A stretch of DNA of 64,000 bases. It comes from Eledone cirrhosa. Its lineage: Eukaryota. The stretch is taken from NCBI GenBank assembly GCA_964016885.1, contig OZ024744.1, forward strand, positions 21,390,001 to 21,454,000. Direction: 5' to 3'. Positions 14,232-26,754 of this stretch are shown one piece after another. The position numbers and the translations under genes were made by a program. The notes under the pieces are model-generated. The model did not search any database, had not been told where the DNA came from, and saw only the letters and a program-made list of their open reading frames with translations. Position 1 is the first letter of the stretch; each line of letters begins with the position of its first letter.

Positions 14232-14427
14232 CGGTGGATTGGAAGTATCGGTAGAGGGTCGGACGCCATGCTTTCCAGCATAGTTACGTACCTTTACGTC
14301 TGAGTTCAAATCCCGCCGAGGTTGACTTTGCCTTTCATCCCTACGGGGTCGATAAAATAAAGTACCAGTAATGCACTGGGTAATTGCTGGCCTTGTGTCT
14401 AAAGTAGAAACAATTATTATTATTATT
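14232..14427 (+). mobile_element. SINE copy S3 between Tx1 B and C
   Basis: Same family as S1; (ATT)5 tail at 14413-14427. Confidence 0.88.
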
Positions 14428-14886
14428 GTTCTTTGAGTCTCAGTCATTGATGCTAGTTAACTGGAAAGTTTGTTGAAATGAATATCAAGCCACTACCTGC
14501 AGCCTCAGATATTCAGGACGTATCGGAGGGTTCTTGCTGTTCCCAGCAAGCATGCCTTTTGAAGTGTTCCAAAAAGCGGGGCGGGGCCAATTTTATTTAA
14601 CCATCCCTGGAAACCTTTTGAGATAGTACCTAGTGCGCCTATGACAATCGGGACCACTTTGACTTCATGGCAGTTCCAAATCCTTTTTACCTCCCACTTT
14701 AAGCCCTGGTATCGGTTAATTTTCTCCATCTCCTTCTCTTGCACTCTCGTGTCGAATGGTCAGGGCACATCCACAATCAAGCACGATTTTTTTCCTTGTC
14801 CAAACCCACCAGGTCTATTGTGTTCCAGTTTCTTGTCCGTCTGTATCCTAAAATCCCACAGCACCATCACCTGATCGTTTTCTATT
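14428..14886 (-). mobile_element. R4/Dong-type RLE non-LTR retrotransposon, 3' fragment
   Basis: LWDFRIQTDKKLEHNRP..SCLIVDV and KWEVKRIWNCHEVKVVPIVIGALGT..LQKACLLGTARTLR (RLE domain C-terminus); flanked on both sides by (TAA)n. Confidence 0.85.
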
Positions 14887-14902
14887 GTCATTATTATTAT
14901 TA

Positions 14903-17900
14903 CCACATCACCCGAGGTAGAAACTACGCCACAATAGACGTACTTTTCGCCACCCCCCAGGAAGCAAAGTCTCACTCTTTGGAAACCCTAAAGTGTGAGG
15001 AGATAGTATTGGTGCCCTCCTACTGAGGACAGAAAATTGTGAGGGTCAAAGTGACCCAGGTCCCACCCGACGTGCCCAACCTTGGCTAGCCGCGTCTATC
15101 CTTGCTGGAATCGAGAACAGGACGACCATGCTGCAAGTAGAAAAAATAGGGAGAGAGAACTGGTCAGGTATAGGCATGCAAATGCTTATACAAAATGACC
15201 AGGAATGTATCGACGCTATCCCCGATATCATAGACATCGAGGAAGGACTGCAGCTCCCTATAAGTGTAGAAGGAAGACAGCCAAAATGTTATCTCTATGG
15301 GTCGATGGGTCACCTCAGGGCCTTTTTCCCGCAGAAGACAGCGAAGAAGGTCCCTCTCCTTCCAATACCTGGTCCGCTGCTCCCAAGAGCAGGGCAGGCA
15401 ACAAACAAAGAAGCCCCTTCCACGGTGAGTAGGAGGGAAACGTCCGTAGCACCCGTACCAAGGCCACGGATAACTAAAGCAGCATCATCAGTAGCGGCAA
15501 CACCAATAGCTACATTTGAAGTAGCTACACCAGCAACACAATTGCTGAAGAGGGATCCACTACCACCACCAACAGCCGTGGAGCACATACCCCTCCCAGA
15601 CACCACATAATCCGACATGGAGTTTGAGGCGGGAGTGAAGTGGCAAACGGTCTGCCAAAAAAAATAAAAAAGAAAAAAACCCTTAGATTCACCCTCCAAA
15701 AGCGAAGGCATACAAAGAGGGGTAAAGGAAACTTGCAGCAACACCACCACCATCACCACCACAAACACCACTGGCAACAACAACCACACCACCACCAGCA
15801 TCACCCAAAACACCAACAACGCAAACACAAAACACACACACCCAACAGCAACAAGAAGAAAACAGCAACAAAATCACCCCTCCCCCCAAAAAGTACACAG
15901 CCATAAACATGGCAAAAAAAGAACTCCTACAATATATAAAGCAGCACACAGACATTACAGAAAAAAAAACTACTACACCCCACCAACACCAAGAACTCTC
16001 CCGACAAACATAAGCAACATTGAAATCTCAATAGAACAGTACAAACCTTTAAAACAAAAATTCCCCAACGCAGTTGGGGACTTCAGAGGGTCGGTTACCA
16101 AGAGGATATACACTGACATCCTCTAGGAAACACCCATGACCAGTGAAAGGGACGGTTCTACTGACGGTTCTCATCCAACATGGCCGTACTCAGAATAGGC
16201 AGTATAAATGCACGTGGCCTGGGGTCATCTTGGAAGCAGGGTCGCCTGCTCAACGACCTCAGATCACTAAACATAGATGTGGTGGCCATCAAAGAAACGA
16301 GAATCTCCGAAGCACAAGCCTTCGCACCGATATTCGGCGGCTACGATGTATACGCATCTCCCAGCCGTCCAGGATCGGGGGGAGGGTTTGCCGTGCTTTT
16401 TCGGAGAGGTTTGGATCTCGCGATACGGGCCATCTTCCTAGACCCAGAAGGTAAGTCGGTGGTGCTGGACATGACCGGAAGCGAAGGCAATGCTTTCAGG
16501 CTGGTAGCCGTCTACGCCCCAACAGTGTCAGGACGGCCAGATTTCTTCAGACGTCTAGAGACCTTTCTTGGAACGTCCCGCTCTTTAGTGTTAGTGGGCG
16601 ACTGGAACGGTATCTTGGATGCACGCTGGGATCGTGTGGGGCTAGTGCATAGGGGAAGAGGGTGCAAGAGCCTCATCAACCTTCTCAGACGTTTTGAATT
16701 GTCTGACAGGTATCGACTGGATCACCCGAATGTCCCAATGTGGACATGGACAAACCGCATCGGGTCATCCAAATCGTATCTAGATAGGGTATTCTGCAGA
16801 GAACTAGATAAGGCTAGTATAAGTAGTCCACAATTTAAAATAGTCGACTACACAGACCACAAATTTGTGATCTGTGAGATCGACATAGACAGACTTCATA
16901 GACAAGGGCCTGGTTACTGGAAGCTGAACCATTCTTTCCCCGCGCTAAAAGCCTACAGAGACCGGATTAGCGTATTAGTTAAGCGGGCGTTGACGGGAGC
17001 GATCGTCAACATCATGGGGTGGTTCGCCCTGAAAAGGGCAATTAAAGTAGAGTCGATTAGGTTTAGCAAAGGAGTAGTGATATAGGAAAATAGAGTAGAG
17101 GGAGAGCTAGTCAGAAAGCTAGAAGAGGCGTTTAGGACAGGCATCGCAACCGACGTTCTGTGGCGAGATTGGCACTCGACCAATTCTTCAACGCAAAACA
17201 CGAAGGCTGAGTTGTCAGAGCTAGAGCGCGGGCACTGAAACACGAGGGGACAAAAGCCGTCCAATGGGCCCGGGTGGCAGAGGCGCGACGTGGCAAGAAA
17301 GCCACAATTCGGTCTTTGTCTGACCAAAACGGATGCGTGATGCTCGAACCCGAGCGGATGTGTGAAGCTTTTCAGCAGCACTTTGCTGAACTGTTCGGGA
17401 GCGGCGGCGGCCCGGATCGGAGCATGAACTTCACTGCATGCCTCGACGGACTGCCTCGGCTCTCGACGACGGCAGCACAGTGTTGCGAAAAGCCAATAAC
17501 AGCCGATGAAATACGGTAAGCTAACTGCACAAGGGGTAAATCGCCAGGTTTGGATGGTCTACCCTACAAGCTTTATGCATTTATGCCAGACTTGTTCGGT
17601 GACCTCTTGGCAGACGTCTACTGCAACTGGCAGCAGAACGGGAGCATTCCCAGTTTTGCGAGCCTGGGAGCAGTGGCGCTGCTGAGAAAAGACCCGAACA
17701 AGGGGGATGTTATCGATAATTTCAGGCCCATAACCCTGCTAAACGCAGAGTTCAAGATTTTGGCCAAGGTGTTAGCAACGATTGGCGCTTGTCGTCAAGG
17801 GTCTGGAGGGAGAGGCGCAGACATGCCGCATTCCTGACAGATCCATACACAACAACCTCCACCTCATGCGATACATCATAGAGAGGGTGGTTAAGGAACC

Positions 17901-19834
17901 CTGCAAGGGTGGGGCCCTGATCAACTTGGATCAATCCAAAGCATTAGATAGGGTCGACCATCGGTACCTGGCAGCGGTCCTCGAGGCAGCCCGTTTCGGG
18001 CCCGTTTTCAGGGGTTGGATCGCAGCAATGTACAGCGACATCTGCTCAGTTGTGAGGGTGAACGGTCACCTGTCGCAGCCGTTCAGCATCATGCGCTCAG
18101 TCCGCCAGGGTTGTCCCCTTTCGTACCTCTTGTACGTATTGGCCCTCGAGCCGTGACTGCACAAACTGGGGGCGATGAGGGGCGTCCCAAGCGAACTAGG
18201 GTGTGGGAAATCCGAGTCGGCTTCCGCCGACGACGTCACCGTTGTGGTATCGAGCACCAGACACGTCCACATACTCGGCACCGCTCTCAAGTAATACGAA
18301 ACGGTGACAGGAGCAAAGATAAACCAGGAAAAGTCGGTGGGCTTGCATCTCGGCACCTGGAGAGGCAAGTCCATGCCGTCCGACAGCGTCGTGGTGCGTT
18401 GGACGGACGGACCGGTTAAAGTGCTTGTGGTCTGGTTCGGACCGGACCTTCAGATGGAGAAAAACTGGAACGAGGTGAAGAGCAGGGTGGCCTCCCTCAC
18501 CCAGAAATGGGCTGAGAGGAAGCTGTCCCTGAAAGGCCGGGCGGAGGTGGCGAATGCGTACATCGCATCCGTCATCTGCTACCACCTCACCGTCGTCCTC
18601 TGCCCCGGCACAACTCTCACCAAAATGGAGCGCCTCCTCTTCCGCTTTTTGTGGAAGGGACGCGCTCCCATGGTCAGACGATCCATCTGCTGTCAACATC
18701 CGTTGCGTGGAGGACTGGGCATGCCATGGCTGATGATGCGCAAACATGCGCTGAGGCTGGACATCTCTGGTCCTTCCTTGATGGTGAACAGGTGTGGTCG
18801 CCGTTCGCCAGGCACATTTTCCCACCGCTGCAGTCCTGAGTTATGAAAAGACCGAGGGATAGCGCTTGGAAACTGGAATGTCTCCAGGCGCTCACTGCCC
18901 TCTCTCAGCTGGGCACCAGTTTCGGTGGAACATCCACCTCGGCGTTCTACAGAGGACTAGTGGAGGGGAAGAGCAACGACATTTTCGGAGAGATCCTGGG
19001 CGTCGAAAAAGATCAGCTGTTTGCTCTCTTCCGGAGAACTCTCAGCCCGGGGCCTATGGATAACTTCCAAAAATCCCTGGCCTGGCAGTGCTACAGGGGA
19101 GTGTTGCCGGTTCGAGATAAGCTCTACAGGCACGGAAGTGCCGTCAGCCGAGCCTGTCCGAAACCGTCGTGCACGCACTCGTTCAGTCCCCGAGCATTGC
19201 TGACTTGTGGAGCTATGTCGAACAATTGCTGTCGCGTGTTGGACTGATCCGGTTGTCGACTGAGTCGATTGTCCAGATGGTCTCGCCGTCTTCCTTCGAG
19301 GAGGAATGGCAGGCGGTTTTCATCTGCCTGGTGGCCATGGCGAAAGAGATTGTGTGGTGGACAAGGTTAAAAGGGTTAAAGACAGACACTTTCCTCTTCG
19401 GCGTATCCCCAATTAACTTTTTCAAGTTTCACTTGAAGAGGAAAATCAGGGTGGAGAGGCAAGTACTGCTTTCTAGCAAGTTTGTTGAAAGGTGGGTGAA
19501 TGTAGCGAGAATAGCCCGAGTGAACGGGACCACTCTGAATATATGTCTGTATTGAGAGAGGGCGCTTGCCCTGGTGGTCAGGGTGGCCGTGGTCTTTGTG
19601 TGGTTTTCGCCACGAGTAACCCTCGGTGGTTTCCCCCCTATTGGGGAATTTTTCATTGTTTCAATTTTCATTTTTATTGTTTATATATATGTATCTATTT
19701 CCTTTTTCTTTCTTTTCTTATATAAATGATAAAAATATTTACACGCACAAAACCCACATCGTACCGTCATGTACCGTCCTGTGCCGTCTGTAATGTTTTT
19801 CTTGATATCAGCCCTTGTGGCCAATAAAGAAATC

Positions 19835-19880
<46 letters not shown>

Positions 19881-19891
19881 TTATTATTATT
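14903..19891 (+). mobile_element. Tx1/L1-clade element, copy C (5'-truncated in ORF1)
   Basis: Preceded by (ATT)4; ORF1 remnant 15128-15610; ORF2 16180-19555; AATAAA and long (ATT)n tail 19837-19891. Confidence 0.92.
16180..19555 (+). pseudogene. Tx1 copy C ORF2; APE domain open for 301 aa, RT disrupted
   Basis: ORF 16180-17085 (INARGL, VVAIKET, GDWNG, SYLDR, YTDHK); RT and C-terminal pieces follow with stops and frameshifts. Confidence 0.9.
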
Positions 19892-20096
19892 ACGTTCAAA
19901 GTAAAGAGTGTCATGAATGATACAAAATCAAACATATGTCTTGTCTCTAAAACAGCTCAAGATAGAATTCAGAGAATAAATCGTGCCTTAATCATTATAA
20001 GAAAGTTAATGAAATATATACATACACAGTTAACCGTCCATTAAGATATATCAAAACTAGAGACAATCTACACTGAATGTAAGATTACATAATCCG

Positions 20097-20266
20097 TAGA
20101 GTATCTTATTAAATTTAATAAAAAATTAAAACAAAATACCTGATAACAATCAATATATTTCGGTGAAACATATTCTGATTTTATGGAGAATACATGTGAG
20201 GGAAATATATTGATTGTAATCAGACATTTTGTTTTAATTTTTTATTAAATTTAATAAGGTACTCTA
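20097..20266. repeat. 65 bp inverted repeat (20097-20161 / 20202-20266)
   Basis: tagagtatcttattaaatttaataaaaaatt...caatatatttc vs gaaatatattg...aatttaataaggtactcta. Confidence 0.9.
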
Positions 20267-20270
20267 TGAA

Positions 20271-20300
20271 TATATATATATATATGTATATATACATATG

Positions 20301-20394
<94 letters not shown>

Positions 20395-20400
20395 CATATG

Positions 20401-20466
<66 letters not shown>

Positions 20467-20491
20467 TAGATAGATTGATAGATAGATAGAG

Positions 20492-20577
<86 letters not shown>

Positions 20578-20645
20578 TGAGAGAGAATTTCAGAAGTTCC
20601 CGTAATAGGATGAAAGCAACGATTATTTGCTTAAAAGTTAATCTG

Positions 20646-20714
<69 letters not shown>
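20271..20714. repeat. Compound microsatellite: (TA)n, (GATA)n, (GA)n, (CTA)n
   Basis: Directly visible. Confidence 0.95.
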
Positions 20715-20717
20715 AGC

Positions 20718-20765
<48 letters not shown>

Positions 20766-21007
20766 TTTCTTTATTAACCACAAGGGTTTACATAAAGTAG
20801 ACATTAAGGACAGTGCAGGACAATGCAGGACGGTACAAATGGGCATTTCTGCGTGTAAAAAACAAAAACAGAGAATGTAACAAAAATAACAATGAAAATA
20901 ACAATGAAAAATTCCCCAATAGGGGGGAGACTTCGGAGGGACATTTGTGGATAAAGCCCAGTAAAAGGCCCCAATGACCCTGACCACCAAGGCAAGTGCC
21001 CTTTAAT

Positions 21008-24000
21008 TTACAGATATATACTCAGAGTAGGCCCATTCACTCGGGCAATTCTTGCTTCTCTCACCCATCTTTCAACAAAATGCTGGGAAGAGAGCACTTC
21101 CCTCTCTACTCTGATTTTCCTTTTCAAATGAAATTTGAAAAAGTCAATCAGAGCATCACCGAAGAGGTAAGTGCTCGTCTTTAGCCCTTTCAAACGTGTC
21201 CACTATACTATCTCTTTCGCCATGGCCACCAGACAGATACAAACTACCTGCCCTTCCCGGCTAAAGGAGGAGGGCGGGGCAATCCTCACGATGGACTCAG
21301 ATGATAGCCGGATCCGTCCTACACGCGACAGCAGGTGTTCGACATAAACCCACAAGTCAGCAATTTTCGGACACTGGACGAGTGCGTGCAGGACGGTTTC
21401 GTCGCCCTACGCGCATCTCGGACATGCCCGGCTGACGGCACCTCCATGCCTGCAGAGTTTATCCCGAACTGGCAAGGCTCCTCGGTAGCACTGCCAGGCC
21501 AGAGATTTCTGGAAGTTGTCCATAGGCCCTGGCCCGAAAGTTCTTCCGAAGAGATTGGTTAGTTGATTTTCGTCGACGCCTAGAGTTTCCCCAAGTACGT
21601 CGTCGCTCTTCCCCTCCACTAATCCTCTATAGAACGCCGAGGTGGAGTTTCCACCGATCACATTGCCCGATTGGTCGAGGGCTGTGGGCGCCTGAAGACA
21701 TTCCAGTCTCCAGGCGCTCCCTCTCGGTCTTCGCTTGGCCCAGGACTGCAGCTCTGTCAAGGAAACGAGCTGGGGAAATACGTGTCTAGCAAACGGCGAC
21801 CACACCTGAACACCGTCGAGGAAGAGGTGGAGATGTCGTAGCCTGAGCGCGTGCCTGCGCATCATCAGCCCTCCACGTAGCGGGTGTTGACAACAGATGG
21901 ACCGCCTGACCATCGGAGCGCGTCCCTTCCACAAAAAGCGAAAGAGCAAATGCTCCAGCGCAGTCAGGCGAGGCTTAGGACAAGGTACGACGGTCAGGCG
22001 GTAGCAGATGACGGACGCGATGTACGCGTTAGCCACCTCCGCTCGACCTTTCAGGGATAGCTTCCTCTCCGCCCATTTCTGGGTGAGAGAAGCCAACCTG
22101 CTCGTCACCTCGTCCCAGTTTTTGTCCGTCTGGAGGTCCGGACCGAACCAGACCCTTAGCAATTTAACCGGTCCAGCTGTTGGACGGCATGGACCTGCCT
22201 CTACACGTGCCGAACTGTAGGTCCACTGACTTTTCCTGGTTGATCATTGCTCTTGTCACCGCTTCGTATTCTCTTAGTGTAGTGCCGATCGCCTCGATGT
22301 GTTTGGCGTTCGACACTACTACGGTGACATCGTCCGCATATGCTGACACGGATCTTCCGCATCCTAGTTCGCGCGGGATGCCCCTCAACGTCTCCAGTTT
22401 GTGCAGTAATGGCTCGAGAGTCAATACGTACCGAGCGCATGATTTTGAACGGTTCCAAAAGGTGACCGTTCACTCTCACCACAGAGCAGATGTCGCTGTG
22501 CATGGCAGCGATCCAGCCTCTGAAGACGGGCCCAAAGCCAGCAGCCCTCAGCACTGCCACTAGGTAACGATGGTCGACCCTATCGAAAGCTTTCGACTGA
22601 TCTAAATTGATCAAGGAACCCACCCGTGCCAGGTTCCCTAGCTACCCTCTCTACGATGTATCGCATGAGGTGGAGGTTGTCGTGGATGGATCTGTCGGGA
22701 ATGGCGCATGTCTGCGCCTCTCCCACCAGACCACCAACGACAAGCACCAACCTCTTTGCTAGCACCTTGGCCAAAATCTTGAACTCTGTGTTTAGCAGAG
22801 TTATGGGCCGGAAATTATCTATGTTATCCCCCTTGTTCGGATCCTTTCTCAGCAGTGCCACCGCTCCTCGACTCACAGAACTGGGAATTCTCCCGTTCTG
22901 TTGCCAGTTGCAGTAGACGTCCGCCAAGAGGCCTCCGAACAAGTCTGGCATCTGTACGTAAAGTTCATAGGGCAGACCATCCAAACCAGGCTATTTACCC
23001 CTTGTGCAGCCAGTCATTGCCTCCCTTACTTCAGCGGCTGTTATCGGCTTTTCGCAACACTTCGCCTCAGTGGCCGAGAGCCGCGGCAATCCGTCGAGGT
23101 AGACACTAAAGTCCATCCCTCGACCCGGCCCACCGCTGCCCCCGAACAGCTGAGCGAAGTGTCGCTGAAAAGCTTCACACATTTGCCCGGGATCGAGTAG
23201 CATGCGTCCGTCGTGGTCCACCAAAGACCGGATCGTGGTTTTGTTGCCACGACATGCCTCCGCCACTCGGGCCCGTTGAACGGCTTTCGTCCCCTCGTGT
23301 CTGAGAGCACGCACCCATGCTCTGACAACGCTGCCTTCGTGCTTTGCATTGAAGAATTGGTCAAGGGCCAATTTCGCTGAAAGCACGTCGGTCGCGATGC
23401 CTTCGCTAAGCGCCTCGTCTAATGTTCTAACTAGTTCTCCCTCTGCTCTATTTTTCTCTATTGCTAAAGCCTTACTAAACCTAATCGATTCTATTCTAAT
23501 CGCTCTTTTCAGAGCAAACTACCACTTGTTGTTGACGATGGCCCCCGTCAACGCCCGCTTAACTAGTTTGCTAATCCGGTCTCTGTAGGCCTTGCGCGCT
23601 GGTAAGGACGCGTTTAGCTTCCAGTAGCCTGGTCCTCGTCTATGAAGCCTATCTAAGTCAAGCACACAGATCACGAATTTGTGGTCCGTGTAGCTGAATA
23701 TCTTGAATTGTGGACAGCCTATGCTAGACCTATCTATTTCCCTACAAAATACTCTATCTAGATATGATCTGGATGACCCTATGCGATTTGGCCAAGTCCA
23801 CATTGGCACATTCGGGAAATCCAATCGGTACCTGTCAGAGAGTTCAAAACGCCTGAGCAGGTTGGTGAGGCTCTTGCACCCTCCTCCCCTATCCGCTAAT
23901 CACACACAGTCCCAGCGTGCATCTAAGATCCCGTTCCAGTCGCCCACTAACACTAAAGAGCGGGGCGTTCCAAGAAAGGTCTCCAGACGCCGGAAGAAAT

Positions 24001-24361
24001 CAGGCCGCCCTGCTCCTGTCGGGGCATAGACGGCCACTAGCCTGAAAGCTTGCCCGTCTCCGCTGGTCACGTCCAGCACCACCAACTTACCCCCTGGGTC
24101 CAGGAAGATGGCCCGTATGGCGAGATACAAACCTCTCCTAAAAAGCAAAGCGACTCCTCCCCCCGATCCAGGACGGCTTGGAGATGCGTACATATCGTAG
24201 CCGCCGAAGATCGGTGCGAAGGCCCGTGCTTCGGAGTTTCCGGTCTCGCTGATGGCCACTACATCTATGTTTAGTGACCTGAGGTCGTTGAGCAGGTAGC
24301 CCTGCTTCCATGACGACCCCAAGCCACGCGCATTTCTGCTGCCTATTCTGAGTGAGGTCAT
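21008..24361 (-). pseudogene. Tx1 copy D ORF2 (APE-RT-zinc motif), frameshifted
   Basis: MTSLRIGSRNARGL, GDWNG, YTDHK, NFRPITLLN, DQSKAFDRVDH, AYADD, RACPRC. Confidence 0.9.
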
Positions 24362-24395
24362 GTTGAAATGGAGTGGAAAAGATGGGAAAGACCAC

Positions 24396-26400
24396 TTACC
24401 GTACTTTTCGTAGAGGAAGGATGGTTTCTCCATCCCTTTTCACTTGATCATCTGGTGAAGAGACCGTTGAATCGTCCCTTCGGCTGGTTGTTGGCTCTTC
24501 TATGAGTATGTCCGAATATTCTCTCCGGTTGAGAGTCCCTCCTAGGTCTCTGAAATCACCAACTGCGTTGGGGAATTTCGTTTTGATGTTTGTGTATTGT
24601 TTCTGTGCTATTCTTACCAGTCTTATGTTCGTTCGTGTTTTGATTGGTGCTGGTATTATGTAGTCGTGCTGTGAAATGTCTGTGTGTTCAATTATGTAAG
24701 TCATTAGTTTCTTGTTGTGTGTATTTATTGCCGTGCATTTGTTTTTTCTGGGGGTGGGGTGTGGTTCTGCTATTTTCCTGTCGTTGTTGCTGGGTGTGTG
24801 TGTTTTGTTGTTGTGTTTGCGATGTTGGTGCTTGTGGTGGTGGTGTTGAAGGTGTTGTTGTTGTTGGCGGTGGGGTTGTCGCCGGTGGTGATGGTGGTGC
24901 TAGTGTGGGTGGTGATGGTGTTGGTGGTGTTGCTGCTGTGAGTCTCTTTGCAGTAGCCTTTACCCTTTTTTCATTTCTTTCCTCACTTTTCGAAGGCGAC
25001 GATGCGCTGCTTCTGCGTTTGTGCCTTCTTACGACCTTTTGCCATCCCTCTCCCACCTCACACTCCATTCAGATTCTGTGAGGTCGGGGAGGGATACCAG
25101 CTCCACTCTTTCACTTCTTGTTGTTGGTGATGTTTGCACTGGAGTCTCTGTTGCAGCTGCATTTGGTATTGCTGTTGTTGTTGTTAATACTTCCACAGCT
25201 GCTGCTGTTCTTGATTTCCGTGGTGTGGGTATGGGTGCCACGGACCTATCGTTCCTGGTTGCTGCTTGTCCTGTTGCTGGTAGCCGTGGAGCCGGTTTCG
25301 GAAGCAGGGGCGTTTTCTCCTTTCTCAGGGTCTTCTCGTTGCAGAAGGCCCTGAGGTGGGTCTTCGATCCACAGCGAAAGCATTTCGAGCGTTTGCCCTC
25401 AACACTTATGGGCAGTTGAGTGCCGTTGTCGAAGTCTATAACATCGGGGATAGCTTCGATGCACTCCTGGTTGGTTTGGATTAACATCTCAATGGAGGTG
25501 CCGACCAAATCTTCTCTTACTCTTTTCTGTAATTGCAGTACAGTTGTTTTGTCCTCGATTCCGACGAGGACAGACGCGGCCAGCCAAGAAGGGGCCATCC
25601 CGGGGGGGGGGATCAGTTTGACCCTTACAATTTTTTGCCCGCAGTAGGAGGGCACCAACACCATTTCCTCGCTCCTTAGGGTCTCTAAGGATTGAGCTTT
25701 TGCCTCCTGGGGTGTGGCAAAAAGCACGTCTACGTGCCTCGGCTGATGTGCGTTTTCCGCTGCCACACAGACCCTAAGGCTTTTTGTATTTGAGCCTCTG
25801 TGGCTCTTTCAACCCTACGGGATTTTGTGCTTACTCTACGGTACGTGACCGTACAGTGCTGTTGGGTTTCGAAAAAGTTTTCGGGTGCCTTGCAGATTGC
25901 TCGGTGTCCAGTTTTTGTCACCATCTTCTTCGCTTCCTTTAATTCCTCATTTGTTATGAGGATTGTTTCCAGGTTCTTCGCGATACCTGCAAACGAGATT
26001 GGTCTTTTTTTGCTGCTGTTGTTGTTGTTGTTGTTGTCGTCAGAGCTGCTGTTACTTTTGTTGTTGCTGCAGGTACTGCGACTACTGCCGCCGCCGCTGC
26101 TGCTGCTGTGGTTGTTGTTGTTGTTGTTGCTGCTGCTGCTGCTGTTTTTGTTGCTGCTAATGCTGTTGTTGTTTATGCTGCTGCTGATGCTGTTGCGGCT
26201 GCTACTGTTGTTTTCCTTGTCACTGTTGCTGCTACTGCTATTATTCCTGACGTCAGACGAATGAAATGGGTTTTCGTATTTCCCGCACACCTTTTTCGTC
26301 GTTGTCGTCGTCGTTGTGGAGAAATATTGCACGCTTTGCACGTGATTTTTCTTTTCTGGCGTCGCTTGCGAAAGAGAAGGGAGGGAGAGAGACACATTTA
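24396..26400 (-). pseudogene. Tx1 copy D ORF1 with intact CX2CX4HX4C knuckle, frameshifted
   Basis: ORFs 25730-26548, 25029-25766, 24688-25068 and 24396-24704; true start uncertain. Confidence 0.78.
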
Positions 26401-26721
26401 GAGAAGGGACGGAGAGAGACAATCTTCTCTCTGCTGTAGTGACGATTGAGGAAGAAGAAGACGGAATGAGTGGGAGTGACCTATGAAAATTATTTTTCGT
26501 AGCTATGTTTTTTTTTTGTTTAAAATAAATATTGGGCACAAAACACAAATAAGCGGTTATTTAACCCCGAAGGGCCAAATAACGGGCAGAAAGACCCCTC
26601 TCACGAGGAGGAGGGTGTTTTTGTCTACAATTTGGTTAAAGTTTTAAACAATTTACAATTGTTATAGCGGTCAACATTTACAATACCTTACAGAGCCGAG
26701 CCTCCGTCAACCATAGCACTC

Positions 26722-26722
26722 A

Positions 26723-26754
<32 letters not shown>

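Larger units (their letters stand above)
20719..26721 (-). mobile_element. Tx1/L1-clade element, copy D (longest, ~6 kb, apparently full length, decayed)
   Basis: 5' end follows E's (ATT)n tail; ORF1 with Ser/Asn-rich N-terminus and EGKRSKCFRCGSKTHLRAFC; ORF2 24361->21008; tail (TAA)n 20719-20763 on +. Confidence 0.93.

Noticed and set aside
20264-20720. YIYI, RERE and poly-Tyr ORFs here and throughout the window
   Set aside because: Microsatellite translation artefacts.
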